Source: Lytechinus pictus (lineage: Eukaryota). From it: DNA of 64,000 bases. Below, piece by piece: positions 41,702 through 55,619 of the stretch. How positions within the stretch are numbered: position 1 is the first letter of the stretch; every line of letters begins with the position of its first letter. Below the pieces are notes generated by a model, which was not told where the DNA came from, did no database searches, and saw only the letters and a program-made list of their open reading frames with translations. The translations under genes were made by a program, and so were the position numbers. The DNA lies in the NCBI RefSeq assembly GCF_037042905.1, contig NC_087263.1:9922001-9986000 (forward strand). Direction: 5' to 3'.

Positions 41702-43079
41702 CTTGAAAAACATGTGACATCGGGCACGAACGAAAGAAGGACAATGACCTATCGTGGTCAACATGGGGATGGGAAACTATTCATCAGGCAGCTAGGTATC
41801 GATGTCTCTTATATCAGCCCGTCTTTCCCGACATCGGCCCGATAAGAATTAATTTCAGTCGTCATGCGAGGGAGAGTAGCAACCGTATGAAAAATATCTT
41901 ACTCACTCCAACTGTTCAAGAATGTATTTACAAGCATTTCCTATGTACCCAAGGCTTGTCACTTTGTTTAACAATGAAGGAAACTATTCACAGAAAGGAC
42001 ATTTTTAAATCAATAGTTTATAGTTGAGTAAACTTTAAACATATAATTGGTATTATAGGCAATTGCAGAGAATGGGGTTTTAAATTCATTGCCAACCCTT
42101 CCAATTGAAAAAGTACCTGTATACGAGGGAATGTGGTGACCGAGTAAAAAATTTGAAAAGAAAAGTAAAACTACGCATTTGAAGCAATTAATTAACATCA
42201 AAACGGCTGTAGCTCATTTGACTTTAAAATAAAAGAGCTGTCGAATGATTCACATTTTGCCATAACCGAGTAAACCGATTAGAAGATTTTAACAACTAAT
42301 CTTTGTTTTTTTTCACTTCCTTATCAGCTTCTAATGGTTATGCATAATAATACAAAAGTCTAACGGTGAAAAGACTAACCATAACTTTTGATAGTATTAT
42401 ATTGTACACTTTTTATCATGTTGTATTATTATTATATTTACCAAAACCTGTAAAGTACAGTTTTTTTTCTCAGATCACACAATTGATATTGTCGCCACGA
42501 AATGCCAATGAGAAAATGATGGGTTTACGCTACTTCTTTTTGATGAGGTAATGGAACGCATTTTTTCAATTGAAATTTACATTTAAAAGTGTTTCTCACA
42601 TGACTAATTCAAAAAATGTATATTGTCACACTCCGAATATTTGAGCAAATAAGATATGAGATGAACAGGAAGAAAACTCTATTACCAGCGCTGATGATAG
42701 CTTTTGTGCAGCTTTTCATACAAAATGATTTATGTTATTTTGATTGAAAAAATGTTGTCGAAGTACAAGACTTCTATGTCTTATAATTTTATGCTAATCC
42801 TGTAAGTTGGGACACTCATCGTTCAGTGTTATTTAGACATCAAGAAACACCGCTATTTCACTGTACTCAAATCTCTCTCTCTCATCCACTCCCCTCCTCT
42901 CTCTCTCTCTCTCTCTCTCACACATACCATGGACTCTCTTCTGAGGTTCATGCTCACACACTCAATCACTTCATCTATTTTCTATTTCAATGTCTTCTGC
43001 TACATTTGAGGCAATACAGAAAAATTATGAAATAATAATGATTATATGGACAATTTATGTAGCGCAGCTACTTTATTGA

Positions 43080-44050
43080 TAGGGAGCTTTCTATCGCCAG
43101 ACCGAACGTCAAGCTACTACGAGTGACGTCATATTTTGCCACTGCGCATGCCCGAAAGCTTGCTCTCACGTCGTCCCCCGATTCTGACAACGGGAGTTGG
43201 GGGAAATTTCCCTGATTCCACGTTGCGGTGAAAACGACAACGTGAGTCCAATTTCTTCGATCTTTACTTGTCCAAACAATCGGATTAGGTTGGTTTATTT
43301 TGTTTTTTTCTACTTTTTGCATCATAAAATATTTTGTTGGGAGGGCTCTAGATATGAATCAATCACCATGCGATCATATTTCTCATGAAATCGTTTCTTA
43401 GATCATGTAAATTGAAGTGAAAGTTTTCATTTCCATGATAGCGTAAGTCACGTTTCCCTGCGGAAATCGACGAGGCTGGCCGCCGTGGCTGCCGGGCAGC
43501 ACGTCGGCTGAGTAGCCTATAGCCAATATACTTTTAGCTATCGGTGCAACGCAGGTATTTCGTTTATGAACACTGTTAAGATTGAATTTTGTGTTTATGG
43601 GTATTTTAAAGAAAATACTTGGCACTGTAGGCTTAGTATTTTCTTAGCCTGCAGCAATTATATCCCGATTGAGGAGTTTGCCTTGCCTGCAGTAACAGGA
43701 AGAAGAAGAAGAACTACTTGAACTTACTTAGGCCTAACAAAAGTTAGTATTTTTAAGAAATATATCTAGCTGTGTGTCAGTTTAGCCTGCGCCGGCGCCT
43801 GATGTTCGCCATTTCGGATGGATTCAGCGTATACGATGTAAATTTGGTCACCTGATCTGAACACTTAGTCACGTGATATCGCCGAGGGCCCCGCACTGAA
43901 CTAGAAATACGTATTTCTAGTTCAGTGGGGCCCCGTAGTGAAAATCGAAAGCGCTTCTGCGAGAGAACGAATGAGGTCTGCACAACCTCGATACGCACCA
44001 GTTAACTCGTAGTAGCTAATGTTCGGTGTGCGGGTAGAAAGCTCCGTATT
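43080..44050. promoter_or_regulatory. CpG-rich promoter-like island
   Basis: Locally high GC/CpG, CRE palindrome TGACGTCA at ~43124-43131, E-box GTCACGTG at ~43868-43875. Confidence 0.35.
43894..43927. mobile_element. 34-bp perfect palindrome with 8-bp TSD (TIR-only element)
   Basis: CACTGAACTAGAAATAC|GTATTTCTAGTTCAGTG flanked by GGGCCCCG at 43886-43893 and 43928-43935. Confidence 0.8.
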
Positions 44051-44079
44051 ATACTATACTGAGCTTTACATTTGGTATC

Positions 44080-44295
44080 ATAATATTATTACCCCGACTG
44101 TAGCCGAGCCGCCATATAGACGCTCAAGCATCCGAAGAATTTCTTCCTACCGGGTACCCACTCACCTCACCTAGGTTGAGTGCAGCACAAAATGGGCTAA
44201 TTTCTCGCTAATGGAAAACACGCCATGGTTGGGAATCGAACCTACGTCCTTCAAATTGAAAGACGAGAGTCGCGACCACTAGACCACGACACCTA
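44080..44295 (-). mobile_element. tRNA-derived SINE
   Basis: Minus strand reads GTGTCGTGGTCTAGTGG...GGTTCGATTCCC...AATTAGCCC...GGGTACCCGG; same family as 22676. Confidence 0.8.
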
Positions 44296-46184
44296 TTAAT
44301 TACGCCTACTAGAGAAAGAGTTGGTAAAATATAACTACTGGCAACTACGAGGTTCTAAATGATACGAACAAGCAGAACAATAATAAAACCAAAACATACA
44401 AAATGTAAAATGTGAAAACATGAGTGATATTTGGTATCCATTTATCTTGTTTCTAGAAATAATTCGCATTGACTAAGTTATATTATTAAGTGGAGTAAGG
44501 GGTTGTTTGGTGTCATGGTTACAAATATGATTTGCGAGCAAGCCAAGGAGAAATTCCCCTTTTATTATACAGTTCGTTATAGAAAGTTAGTTTATTCTAA
44601 TGAATTATTTGGGTGCCATGATGACAGGGCGATGGCATGTGTGACTGATTTCTCTTTATTTCTTCATTTCATTTTTTGCAGCTCATCCCCGGATACTACA
44701 CCGGTATTTACGGATCTGACGCAGGATCCAATCTCAGAAACATATAAATCAGATTCTAGCAGAGTGAGAACATTAAAATCAATTATCAATTGCATAACTA
44801 AGTTCCAAAATAATGTAACGAGAGGACAATATAAATGATGTGCATACGGTTTTGGCTGTCTTTTGGCACAAATACATGTACATTGAAGATAACTATTTCG
44901 GTTTGATATGAAAAAAATCAAAGCTTTCAATTCTTCAAATCATAAACTGAAATTATAATCAACATATCTTGGTATTGAACGTTGGCATTTACCCTTGGAG
45001 GAGCAAATTACCTTGTGTGAAAACAAGAAATAAAAAAAATAAGATCAATGAACGTTTGAGATCGAAAAGATAAGCAATAAATTTTAAAGCATTTGAATCT
45101 CGAGATCCCCATTGAGATTCTCAAATTGGATAATTTTTTATTTGGAAATATATACGATTTTCATTTTTTTGGGGGGGTATGCTTTTGTAATGGTACCAAC
45201 TACTAGTCTTCCATGATATATGTATTCCATGTCCTCCCATAGAAGCAGAGCAAATTATCGGACTACAAGTATTTCCTTATTTTATATCGCACAATAAAAT
45301 ATGGATTTTTATGGATTTTTTTCATGGAAAGAACACTTTATCTACAATGTCTAAAATATATAGACTTGATAAAAGTGATGATTTAAGTGAAATATTTACT
45401 AAAGTAATGGGGAACTTGTTTATATGTGACATCACACATCTTGGTCGCAATGCCAATGGGAGGAGATCCATAGCACTGTTCATCTCAACATTCAGATGCT
45501 CAAAACTTTCGTTAATATCTTAGATTTTCTCTTAGATTTTACTGTTTTAAGTATTTCTTGGTTTCAATAGTTTCAATCTCCTTAAAAATGTTTGAATACT
45601 CTCTTTACATTTTACATCTACACCGCTTTAGCCAAATAAAAAGTCCAATTGGGTTGTTAAACTAGAGAGTTCGATGAGAATCACCCACTTATACTCTACG
45701 TATTAAAAAAAATAATAATTAAACTTACTTTACCAGAGGTCTCTAAGAGCTCTAGATTAATGCAACATAATTAAGGACATTTAAAAGATCACTGTCATAA
45801 TTCTGCTTCTTCTATACCTTATCTATGTTAACATTTTCGGTGCAGCCTTAATGGAAAATCCGGGGGCACTCTGATTTGGAAAAAGTAAGGGGGGTGGTTC
45901 CACAGCCAAGGGGAAATAAAGGAGGCAGCGAAATAAGATGAATGAAAAAAAAATATATGACATGATATTTGCTATGATGTAAAAATCTATCACATATTTA
46001 GAATTTCATTTTAAAAGGCCATATTTCTTTCTGGCTCGCTTCGCTCGCTGGCGACATTTTACAAATTTCCCCACATTTGCTATGGTGTGTCCCCTCAAAA
46101 TATTTGGATGATTACGGAACACAACTGCATTAAATTTATGTATTGTGTGAAAGCTATATACACGCAATTTGATCAAAATTAGTG

Positions 46185-46291
46185 GCCATCTGTAAGGTTT
46201 AAAATGGCTTTAATATCAAGAGGTTCCGGGGCTCCGCCCATCTGTAAGGTTTAAAATGGCTTTAATATCAAGAGGTTCCGGGGCTCCGCCC
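46185..46291. repeat. Tandem duplication of about 52 bp
   Basis: ccatctgtaaggtttaaaatggctttaatatcaagaggttccggggctccgc twice. Confidence 0.95.
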
Positions 46292-46943
46292 CGGACCCAA
46301 CCCACATAGCACTGTTGTATGGATGAGTTTGAATGACCATGGCCCCAAAAGTTCTACAACCAAACAAAAAAAAAGGAGGAAAGAAAGAAGAGCAAAGGAA
46401 AAGTGTATTATATTTTCCTAATATATCACGTCAAAATCAATCTTCATGTTAGATTCTCATGAAAAGGTTAATTTTTTTTTGCCACACGCGCCATACATGG
46501 TCCCCTCGAGCATACAGAGCTTCGCCCTGATGCGCACAATCATAAAAAAATCCTATTCACCGTGGCATACAAAATAAGATAGAAGCGTGAAATATAATAT
46601 TATCTTGTTTAACATTATGTCAAAATTTATCACAAAATTTGATTTTTGTAATAAAAATGTCAATATTTTTGCTTGCTCGCATTTTTATTTTTTGCCCGAT
46701 ACACCATATCGCCCCCTCAAAATTTTTGCCTCATGACGCCATTGCCGGTTCCATGATATGACCGGCAAATTTTTGGCTCTAAAGCCGGGGTAATAGTACG
46801 CAGCGCTATAAAATGTTGCATATTATTATTATCATTATTATCTCATTAAAAAAATACTATCTAAATTAGAGTGGGATATACGTGTAGAATAAATTTGTCA
46901 CTGCATATAATTAAAAAAATGTACAGCGAATATGACATTGCTG

Positions 46944-47818
46944 CAGGGGCGTCGATCCATTTTTCAGATTTGGGGGGGGGGCAAAATCATGGATCGTTCT
47001 AAAGGCGCTCGATCACACCAAACAAACTCACCCACCCACACACACACACACAGGCCTAAATATATATATATATATATATATATATGAGAAAGAGACTCGG
47101 ACACATATTTCACCAACAAATTAATGCGAGCGCGAAGCGCGCGCTGAAATTTTTTAGTATGCTGACCTGAAAACAGGAATGGTACCTGTTTAGGACTGTT
47201 CGTAGCACTAACTCATGTGGAAGATACATATCTCACTACACAGATAATGCGAGTACCGAGAGCGAGCTGGAAATGTCTTCATATTCTGACATAAAAGCTT
47301 GATATCATATTCATTTTTGGTAGTAATGATTAGGATGGGTATCTAAAAGAACAATTGATGCGAGCGCGAAGCGTGAGCTGAAAATTTTGATATTTCGATC
47401 TGAAAAAGGTTAATGGACGTTTTTAATAAAGAACAAGATATATATTCAACGAAAGCTTATTGCAAATCGAAGCGGGAGTTCTTTTGAGGTTTAGAACTGA
47501 AAACGGGACATTCTATTCACCTGATTTAATCATGAAAAGTATGGGTTTTGGTACATAAATGATGCGAGCGCGAAGCGCGAGCTGAAAATTTTTATATTCC
47601 AATCCGAAAAACGGACATTTCGAGCACGATTTTAAATGAAGAACAAGTTATGTATTTCAATTTCGCTTGCTGATTTCTGTGTAACACTGCAATCTTATTT
47701 TATTTTTGGACATGGATGCGGAATTATTTGGGGGGGGGGGCAAAACGATATGTTTGCCCCCCAATATTTTCATTGGTGGGGAGATCGCCCCCCTGCCTCC
47801 CCAGGATCGACGCCTCTG
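46944..47818. mobile_element. hAT-like non-autonomous element
   Basis: CAGGGGCGTCGATCC...GGATCGACGCCTCTG, 8-bp TSD CATTGCTG, four internal ATGCGAGCGCGAAGCGCGAGCTG-like units. Confidence 0.9.
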
Positions 47819-48749
47819 CATTGCTGTGAAATGAGGGGTTTAGGATCGCCCTCTGCAAAACGGGTAATTTGGAGCTAGAATTTAACCTGAAATGAGGGTC
47901 TTCGACAATTGACATCTAAAATGAGGGGCTTATAGGAGAGGGGAAGAACAGGTAGGTCAATGAAAACGGGTGTATATGCCTGAGAACTGTTGGCAAGGTG
48001 TGATAAGGGGGGGGGGGGGGTTAAGGGCTGCACATGTCAATAACGCCATTATGCACATACTACCATATATTCCTGTATTCATGATTATTAAATCGTGCCG
48101 CGATTGAACAATATGTGATTGATTGCATCGATTGCATTTTATTATTTTTCATTCCAGAATTTAACAAAAGTTACAATGAAAAGCAAAACAAAACAAATAT
48201 TATATACAGAAATGAAAAAAGGGAACCTACTGGAAATCAAAGCTTGTTAGTATGGGTTCCCTGCAATAAATAGTTAATTAAAGTATATCTTTGATCAATG
48301 ACATTCAAATCGTAAATTAAAAAGGTTTGTACAATGAAAAAGAATACTAGTGGGGTCAAGCTTTTTATGCTACTCACTATGTTACAATTAACAAACAAAT
48401 AGTATATCATACCCCTGCTGTATAAAGAAACAAACCCTGAGTTCAGGAGTGTGTGAACAGACAACCACTTGGACAAGACAGGACTAAAACTTTAAAAAAA
48501 AAAAGGCACACACACACACAAAACAAAACAAAACAGGACAGAACAGGACAAGACAGCAAAAAAGAAAAGGAAAAGAAACAAAACAAAACACACTACAAAC
48601 ATAGACAGACAGGAAGATTAGAAAAGCAATATAACTAGACATTAAGGTGATAGGAAGTGAGAGAGAGAAAAAAAAATGTGAGAGGAGAGGGGGGAAGAAA
48701 AGAAGGAAGAAAATAAGAAGGGAAGAAGAACAAAAGAGGTGGTAGCTTT

Positions 48750-49980
48750 TCCGAGATAAATCATGGTCGATGTAAATACCAAGAAATTCTTTACAATTAA
48801 CACGTTCAATTTGAGTATTATTGATTTTAAAAGCTATTGTTTGCTTTTCTTTTGAAGGATGAAATAATATATTATTTGATTATTGTCTATATTTAATGTA
48901 AGTTTATTGGCATTAAACCATTTAGATACCTTTGACAATTCATAATTCAAACTAGTTGACAATGATAATGTATTGTCAGTTGAATACAAGATATTGGTTT
49001 CATCAGCACACAATATGAATTTCATTTTTTTAATTTAAAAGATCATTAATAATCAAAGGAAAATCAATAGACCAACGATAAATCCTTGAGGAATTCCAAC
49101 TGAAATTTTGAGAGATTCTGAAATGACATCATTATAATTATGAAATAACTTGAGTTCGGTCTTGTAAACAACGCTTAAACCAAGAATAAGGGAGACCTCT
49201 AATGCCAGAAGAATTTAATTTATGTAACAAAATTGAATGATCCTTTGAATCAAATGCTCTACTCAGATCAAGGAAGATACAAATAATATGTAATTTATTA
49301 TTTAAAGAATTAACAATATAATCATGCAGGTCAATTAGTGCCATTTCAGTAGATTTTTTTCTTTAAAAAAAGCCATACTAATTTGCATTTAATAACTTAT
49401 TTGTAAGTAAAAATTCATGAACTCTATTTTAGACTCATCTTTCTAATATTTTAGAGAAAATAAGAAGAATAGATATTGCTATACATGTATATAGTTTGAT
49501 ATGTCGGGAACATCACTTTTTTTGTATACTGGTGTAACTTTGGCTATTTTCTATTTCTGGAGGAACTATTCGAATTGTGAGTGATACATCGAAAATAAAG
49601 CATGAAGGCTTGATAACGCCATGATTTCACAACAGAAGGACTAACTTCATCAATTCCATTACTACTACACTCTAAAAAGACCGAGAAAATTTTTACCTGA
49701 TATTGGGTGGAAAGGGAACATGCATGTTTGCAGGGTATTTTTTAACCCATATTTTGGCAAAATGCATGTTTGAAAAGTAAATTTCAACGCGACATTGCGT
49801 AGAATTTACAAAATCTATATCTTTTTAGCCAACCAACATGCATGTTCCAAGTTTACCCAATATTGGGTCAACCTTTTTTTAGAGTGTAGATAAATTCATG
49901 CCTTTAACAATTTCTAATATTTCAGATTCTTTTATGGGTTATAGGTGATTTACAAATAATTTTCTCAGAATAGTTAAAAT
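48750..49980 (-). mobile_element. Degraded CR1/L2-group RT remnant
   Basis: IFLDLSRAFD, ILCADETN and WFNANKLTLN motifs in broken frames; interrupted by the MITE at 49668-49886. Confidence 0.85.
49668..49886. mobile_element. EnSpm-like MITE
   Basis: CACTCTAAAAA...TTTTTAGAGTG with TA flanks. Confidence 0.75.
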
Positions 49981-50308
49981 GGCTAGAATCGCCAAGATAT
50001 TTTAAAGGTGTAGAGGACGTCTTATACTCGTTAATAAATTTAGGTGACATCATCCCCAATCTGAATGTAGTCAAGCGTCGTCTTTATAGTCCTCCCTCTT
50101 TTATATTCCGTTTTTCCCATGTTCTTCTTTTCTCAGCTCCCCCTTCTTCACTACTTAGAAAATTAAAGGACTGCAATTGACCTGGGAATTACGTGGCTTG
50201 AAAACAGTTGTAGTTGTAAGAGTAACAGTAGTAGAATGCCTAGTAGTAGTATTATGAGTATTAGGAGTAGTAGTAATGGTAGTAGTAGTAGTAGTGGTGG
50301 TGGTGGTA

Positions 50309-50364
<56 letters not shown>

Positions 50365-50399
50365 GGTGGTGGTAGTCGTAGTAGTAGTAGTAGTAGTAG

Positions 50400-50680
50400 T
50401 AATAATATTAAATAATAATATATAGCGTTTATGAGGCGCCGATTATATAGTTGCCCATTCAATGGCGCGCTTTATATTACCCCAGCTGTAACTCCAGCTG
50501 CTAAAGGCACTTGGTGCATTCAAGGAATTAATCCTGCCGGGTACCCATTTACCCCACCTGGGTTGAGTGCAGCACAATGTGGATAAATTTCTTGTTGAAG
50601 TAAAACACGCCGTGGCTGAGATTCAAACCACCGTCCCTCTCATTGAAAGACAAATTGGTAACCATTAGACCAAGACGCCC
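50400..50680 (-). mobile_element. tRNA-derived SINE inside an (AGT)n tract spanning ~50255-50950
   Basis: Same family as 22676 and 44080; AGT repeats on both sides. Confidence 0.8.
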
Positions 50681-50812
50681 CCATAAATGTAGGAGTAGTA
50701 GTAGTAGCATTAATAGTAGTTCAAATAATAGTAGTAGTAATACAAGTAGTAGTGCAAGTAGTAGTAGTAGTAGTAGTTCAAATAATAGTAGTAGTAATAC
50801 AAGTAGTAGTGC

Positions 50813-50889
<77 letters not shown>

Positions 50890-53250
50890 GTATTAGTAGT
50901 AGTAGTAATAGTAGTAGTAGTAGTAGTAGTAATAGTAGTAGTAGTAGTAGAAGTAAGCCATGGATTATGCAGATTTTATATTATTATAAATTATAGTTGT
51001 AATGCGTGTACCATATACTGAGAAAGACTCAAATGATCATAAGTGTGTGCATTATTCTCATGAAACTAAATTCACACCTGTTAATATAGATTCAATGTTA
51101 TTGAGACATCTGTCTGTTTAAATTATTATTCCAATCAAGGGCGTGTTAAAAAGGTAGGGAATCTCGAACACAATACATTTTAAAATCGATAGGAATACAA
51201 AGCATCCCAATCGCTGACAAAGCATTCCATGGGGGTTTATATTCCATATGTCTTGCAGATGTTAACCCTTCGATCGCTAAAAGCATTGATTGGTTTGGAT
51301 CAATTTGTTTGGAAAATTTTAAATAAGTTATAGACAGCAAAAAGAAAAGACCTTTTGATATTAGCAGGCCAACATAATATCAAAGATTCGTGAAAAAAGA
51401 CATACAATTGTAAAAATACTTACAAAAATTGACAAATTTCAGCATTTTCCAACAATATGCGCTATTTTAGAGCTCACTTATTATGAAAGATGTATAATTA
51501 TGAACATATTTTGTATAGTAACTTATGCGTGTTCTTGTGTGAATCTAGATAATTAACTTTTGATATCACTAGAATTATGGTTATCTCTGTTCGCTGACAA
51601 GCCAATTGGAATCTTGTTGCTCCGAGAAACTGTCGCCAAAAAATGTTCCTATTATTGAAACACCTGAATGGCATTATTGAAACGCTTGTTTGAAACACAT
51701 TATCTCAAGTTGTCGTCGGCTCGTCACATGGGGTTAAAACAGACTGGTACATTCCTTTTTTAACACATTCTTTTGGAATATTTGAAAGTTGTTGTCTACG
51801 TTATTTCTCATAATCATAGGAAAACGTTAAAAGGGTAAACATAATTGGTCTAAAATAAACTGATTAATATATCATTAAATGATACAGACTAAAATAAATC
51901 GAATTATTACAATATGTTTCTTTCAGAATAGGTGGAATTCAATAAAAACTGTACACATTGTTTAAACTATTCCTGATCAGTTCAGTTCATCTAATATTCA
52001 ATACTTTCATTAAAAATTACATATTATAAAGATACAAATACCTAGTTATCCTACAGATGTTGATAAACATGATAAAGGCAAGCGAACTCGGAGCAAAAAA
52101 TAAACAAGAGTGACGAAGGGAGAGGCAGGAAGGCTGCGCCTTATTAAAAGCCAAGCTAAACAAATAAACCAAATCATGTACATTAAATAAATTATCACAG
52201 AAATAAACAAAAAGATAAAATTTGGGTAAAGCATATATGCAATAATGAACACATATTCACAAGTTTACAAACACCCTTATTTACGTCTCACACGCAAATA
52301 CACACACCAGCTCACCCTCACTCACACATACACTACATATATGTTACTGAATAAGAATTAATGCACATGTCAATAGTTTCAAAGTAAATAAAATTTCATT
52401 TTTCTTTTGAAAAAGTCATGATGAACTTAGTTTTATCTCTAACGGTGTAGAATTCCAAATTTTGGAACCCCACAAAAATACATTGTCTTAAGAAATTGAT
52501 GTTCTTGCTAAGGGAATGTGAAAATTATCTGAATACCCGGTTTAATGTACATTTTATTCAATTGAAAATATTGTAACAGAGTACCTGGTAAGATTTTTTT
52601 ATAACAGTACATGAAAATTGCATATATTAATCAGGCATTCTCAGACTTTTCATTTTATGAAAGAGAGGCATAGTATGGGCAATATATCGGCTATGTGTAA
52701 TTATTCTTATAATTTTCTTCTTCAAATAAATAAATCTCATTCAAAATAGGCAAGTATCAACAGCAATCGTTTCTTCTGACGACCATTTTTCATTGGCTCT
52801 ACTGGTGATACTTACTTTCAACAGCACTCAAATGGTCTTTGGAAATTGCTTTTGTCCTATGTTCATCCAGCGTTGGGGTACTATATTTGCTTTGTCCACG
52901 TTTCAGTCCGATTACACTTCGCGCCCGCCCTCGTCTCCCGTTGACTCTAACTGGTTGTAATTCAACATATGTGTGTTTGATGTGATTTGAGGATAACGGG
53001 AATCTGGGTTCATGAGCAAACACATCAATAATTATAGTTCAGGTCATATCAGGCACGTCAGGAAATTCCCCTGGACCGACCCGCGAAACCGACTTCTTTT
53101 ATAAATGAATTGATATAGTTATGCCTATTTAAAGATTTTTTTTAAAGCACGAACATGAATGGGGACTATTACTGCTCCAGGTAATTATAATGTAGTAGTA
53201 TGGTTTGATATTTGAGTTTTGTTGGGGATAAAGAAAAATGAAATCATTGA

Positions 53251-53840
53251 AGGACAAGTCCACCCAAACAAAAAGTTGGTTTGAATAAAAAGAGAAAATC
53301 CGACAAGCAAAACAATGGAAATTTCATCAAAATCGGATGTAAAATAAGAAAGTTATGACATTTTAAAGTTTCGCTTAATTTCACAAAACGGTTATATGCA
53401 CATCCTGGCTGGTATGGAAATGAGGAGACTATGACGTCATCCACTCACTATTTCTTTTGTATTTTATTATATGAAATATGAAATATTCTGATTTTCTCCT
53501 CATTGTCAAGTGATACAACGATTAATTCCTCCCTGAACATGTGGAATTTACATTGTTTAATACTGAATGGTTCAGTCAAGTTGGTCCTTATTTTCAAATC
53601 TATAAACAAATGAAATATCATATAATTCAAACAATAAAAAACAAAAGAAATTGTAAGTGATGGACATCATCGACTGACTCACGTAGTTGTGCATATCACT
53701 ATTTTGTGAAAAGTAAGCGAAATTTCAAAATGTCATAATTTGTTTATTTTACATCCGATTTTGATGCAATTTTCAGCACTATGCTAGTTTGATTTTTCTT
53801 TAATTATTCAAGTCAGCATTTCCTGGAGTGGACTTGACCT
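53251..53840. mobile_element. Kolobok-like MITE, second copy
   Basis: Near-identical to 26366-26950; TTGA on both sides. Confidence 0.85.
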
Positions 53841-55619
53841 TTGAAAAAATCATTGTAAATCTGATAAGACTTATATCATCGAGGAACAGAACCATAAAAA
53901 ATTAATTAATAAATGAAAAATGAAATAAGAATAAAAAATAAGTTATAATATATGTATATAATTACAACGATAATAAATAAAATATAAAAAAATGAATGCT
54001 TAGGTATAAGTATTTATTTCATAAATGTATATATATGTACACATATATATATATAAGCAATGGAGATACACACCTGAAAGTCGACCCCGAGTCAACCGAC
54101 TTGAAGTCATTGACTCAGGGTCATGTTCAGAACTTTTTTTTTTTGAGCTCGGAGAGTGTACTATGGGCGGCAATGGAGTGCTTTCACGATGGGAAACACA
54201 GTTGGGGGGTGTGATCGCTTATTAGAACAGCCACTACGTACATTCATAGACCTGCTGTGTGTTCTGCCGAGCGAGAGCTGATTTTGTGAAATAGTGTAGT
54301 CTTATTCCAGGAATGAATAAATAACTAAGAAAAAAAAAGAGTAAAATTTTGATTTTTTTTTTGTAGTTGAATAATATGGTTCCAAGATTAATCACCAAAA
54401 TATTTGTTCATTCAATTCAATTTGGATTACATCCAATTAAGTGTACTGAGGCCTAGATTAGTAGGGTTTCCAGGGCTGCAGTTACCCCATATTTTCTCCA
54501 AAACGTAAACTTAAAGTTTGTGTGTGTGCATGTGCCTGTGTGTCTGTATATGTGTATGTGTTTGTGTCTGTGTGTGTATGTGTTTGTGTATACATCTGTG
54601 TGTGTGCCATCATTGAGTTTGTGTGTGTGTGTGTGGGGGGGGGGTGTTTGTTCTGTTTTTTTATTAACACATGTGTTAAAATGAGATGTACTTATTTTCA
54701 TGCTTTTAATGCTAACTTGATGGATTTTCATGTTTAGATAACATTACCTCATCCCATACCCTGTCTATGACTATTTTTTTTCCAGCGGGGGGGGGGGGGG
54801 GGGGGGGTTTGGGGGAATTGATATCATGATTTTGCATAAAACTGTTAATAAAACAACCTCAGTCGTGTGATTATATTCTTTCATGTAACTGACTAAAAGT
54901 GATGACATGTTTTTTTATTAGATGACTTGAGGGTTTTGTGGGTAGTATTAACTTTACTTGAAGTTTTGGGTCACTTTATGGTTTTCATGTGTGTACATTG
55001 TCTAGAGACATTTCATTTATCCCGGCATGTTCGACATCCACGTATCATACCTACTCATACTATTTTTCCCATTTATTCATTTATTTATTTATTCATTTTT
55101 TTTTTTTTTTTTGGGGGGGGGGTAGATAATTAAAGACGCACATTCCTCGCCAGTAGTTCTGCAGCATGGAGACTTAACGCAGCAATGCCCACGCGATTTC
55201 GTGCGAATGGGACTGTGTGTTGTTATGACTCTCTTTGTGGATTTTCAGGAATAGATTACATTACCTTATATCCCTTAATATAATCGACTCAAAGTGATAT
55301 GTTTTACTTAGCTGATTTGAGGTCAATAATGGTGGTGTTCATCTTACCTCAAGTTGTTATGACTCTCTTTGTGGATTTTCAGGAATAGATAACATTACGT
55401 TATTCCCATATCCTGTCCATATCTTGATATAATATATATATATATTTTTTTTATTTTTTTTGGGGGGGGTGGAGCAGGTGGTATCTTACTTTAGCGTGAA
55501 ACTGACCTAAAATATATAAAGTATCTAAAGTAAGATATCCCTCATTAAAATCGACTCAAAGTGATGATATGTTTTAGTTTGATGACTTGAGGTCAATAAT
55601 GGTGGTGTTCATCTTACCT

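Noticed and set aside
41740..41815. Plus-strand ankyrin-like peptide GWETIHQAARY
   Set aside because: Too short to distinguish an inverted ankyrin fragment from chance.
50163..51021. Poly-Leu/Ser/Val ORFs
   Set aside because: Translations of AGT repeats and a SINE.
54927..55133. Duplicated small ORF MRVLWVVL (also 60743-61099)
   Set aside because: Duplicated only because of the palindrome; non-ATG start and homopolymer frameshifts between arms.
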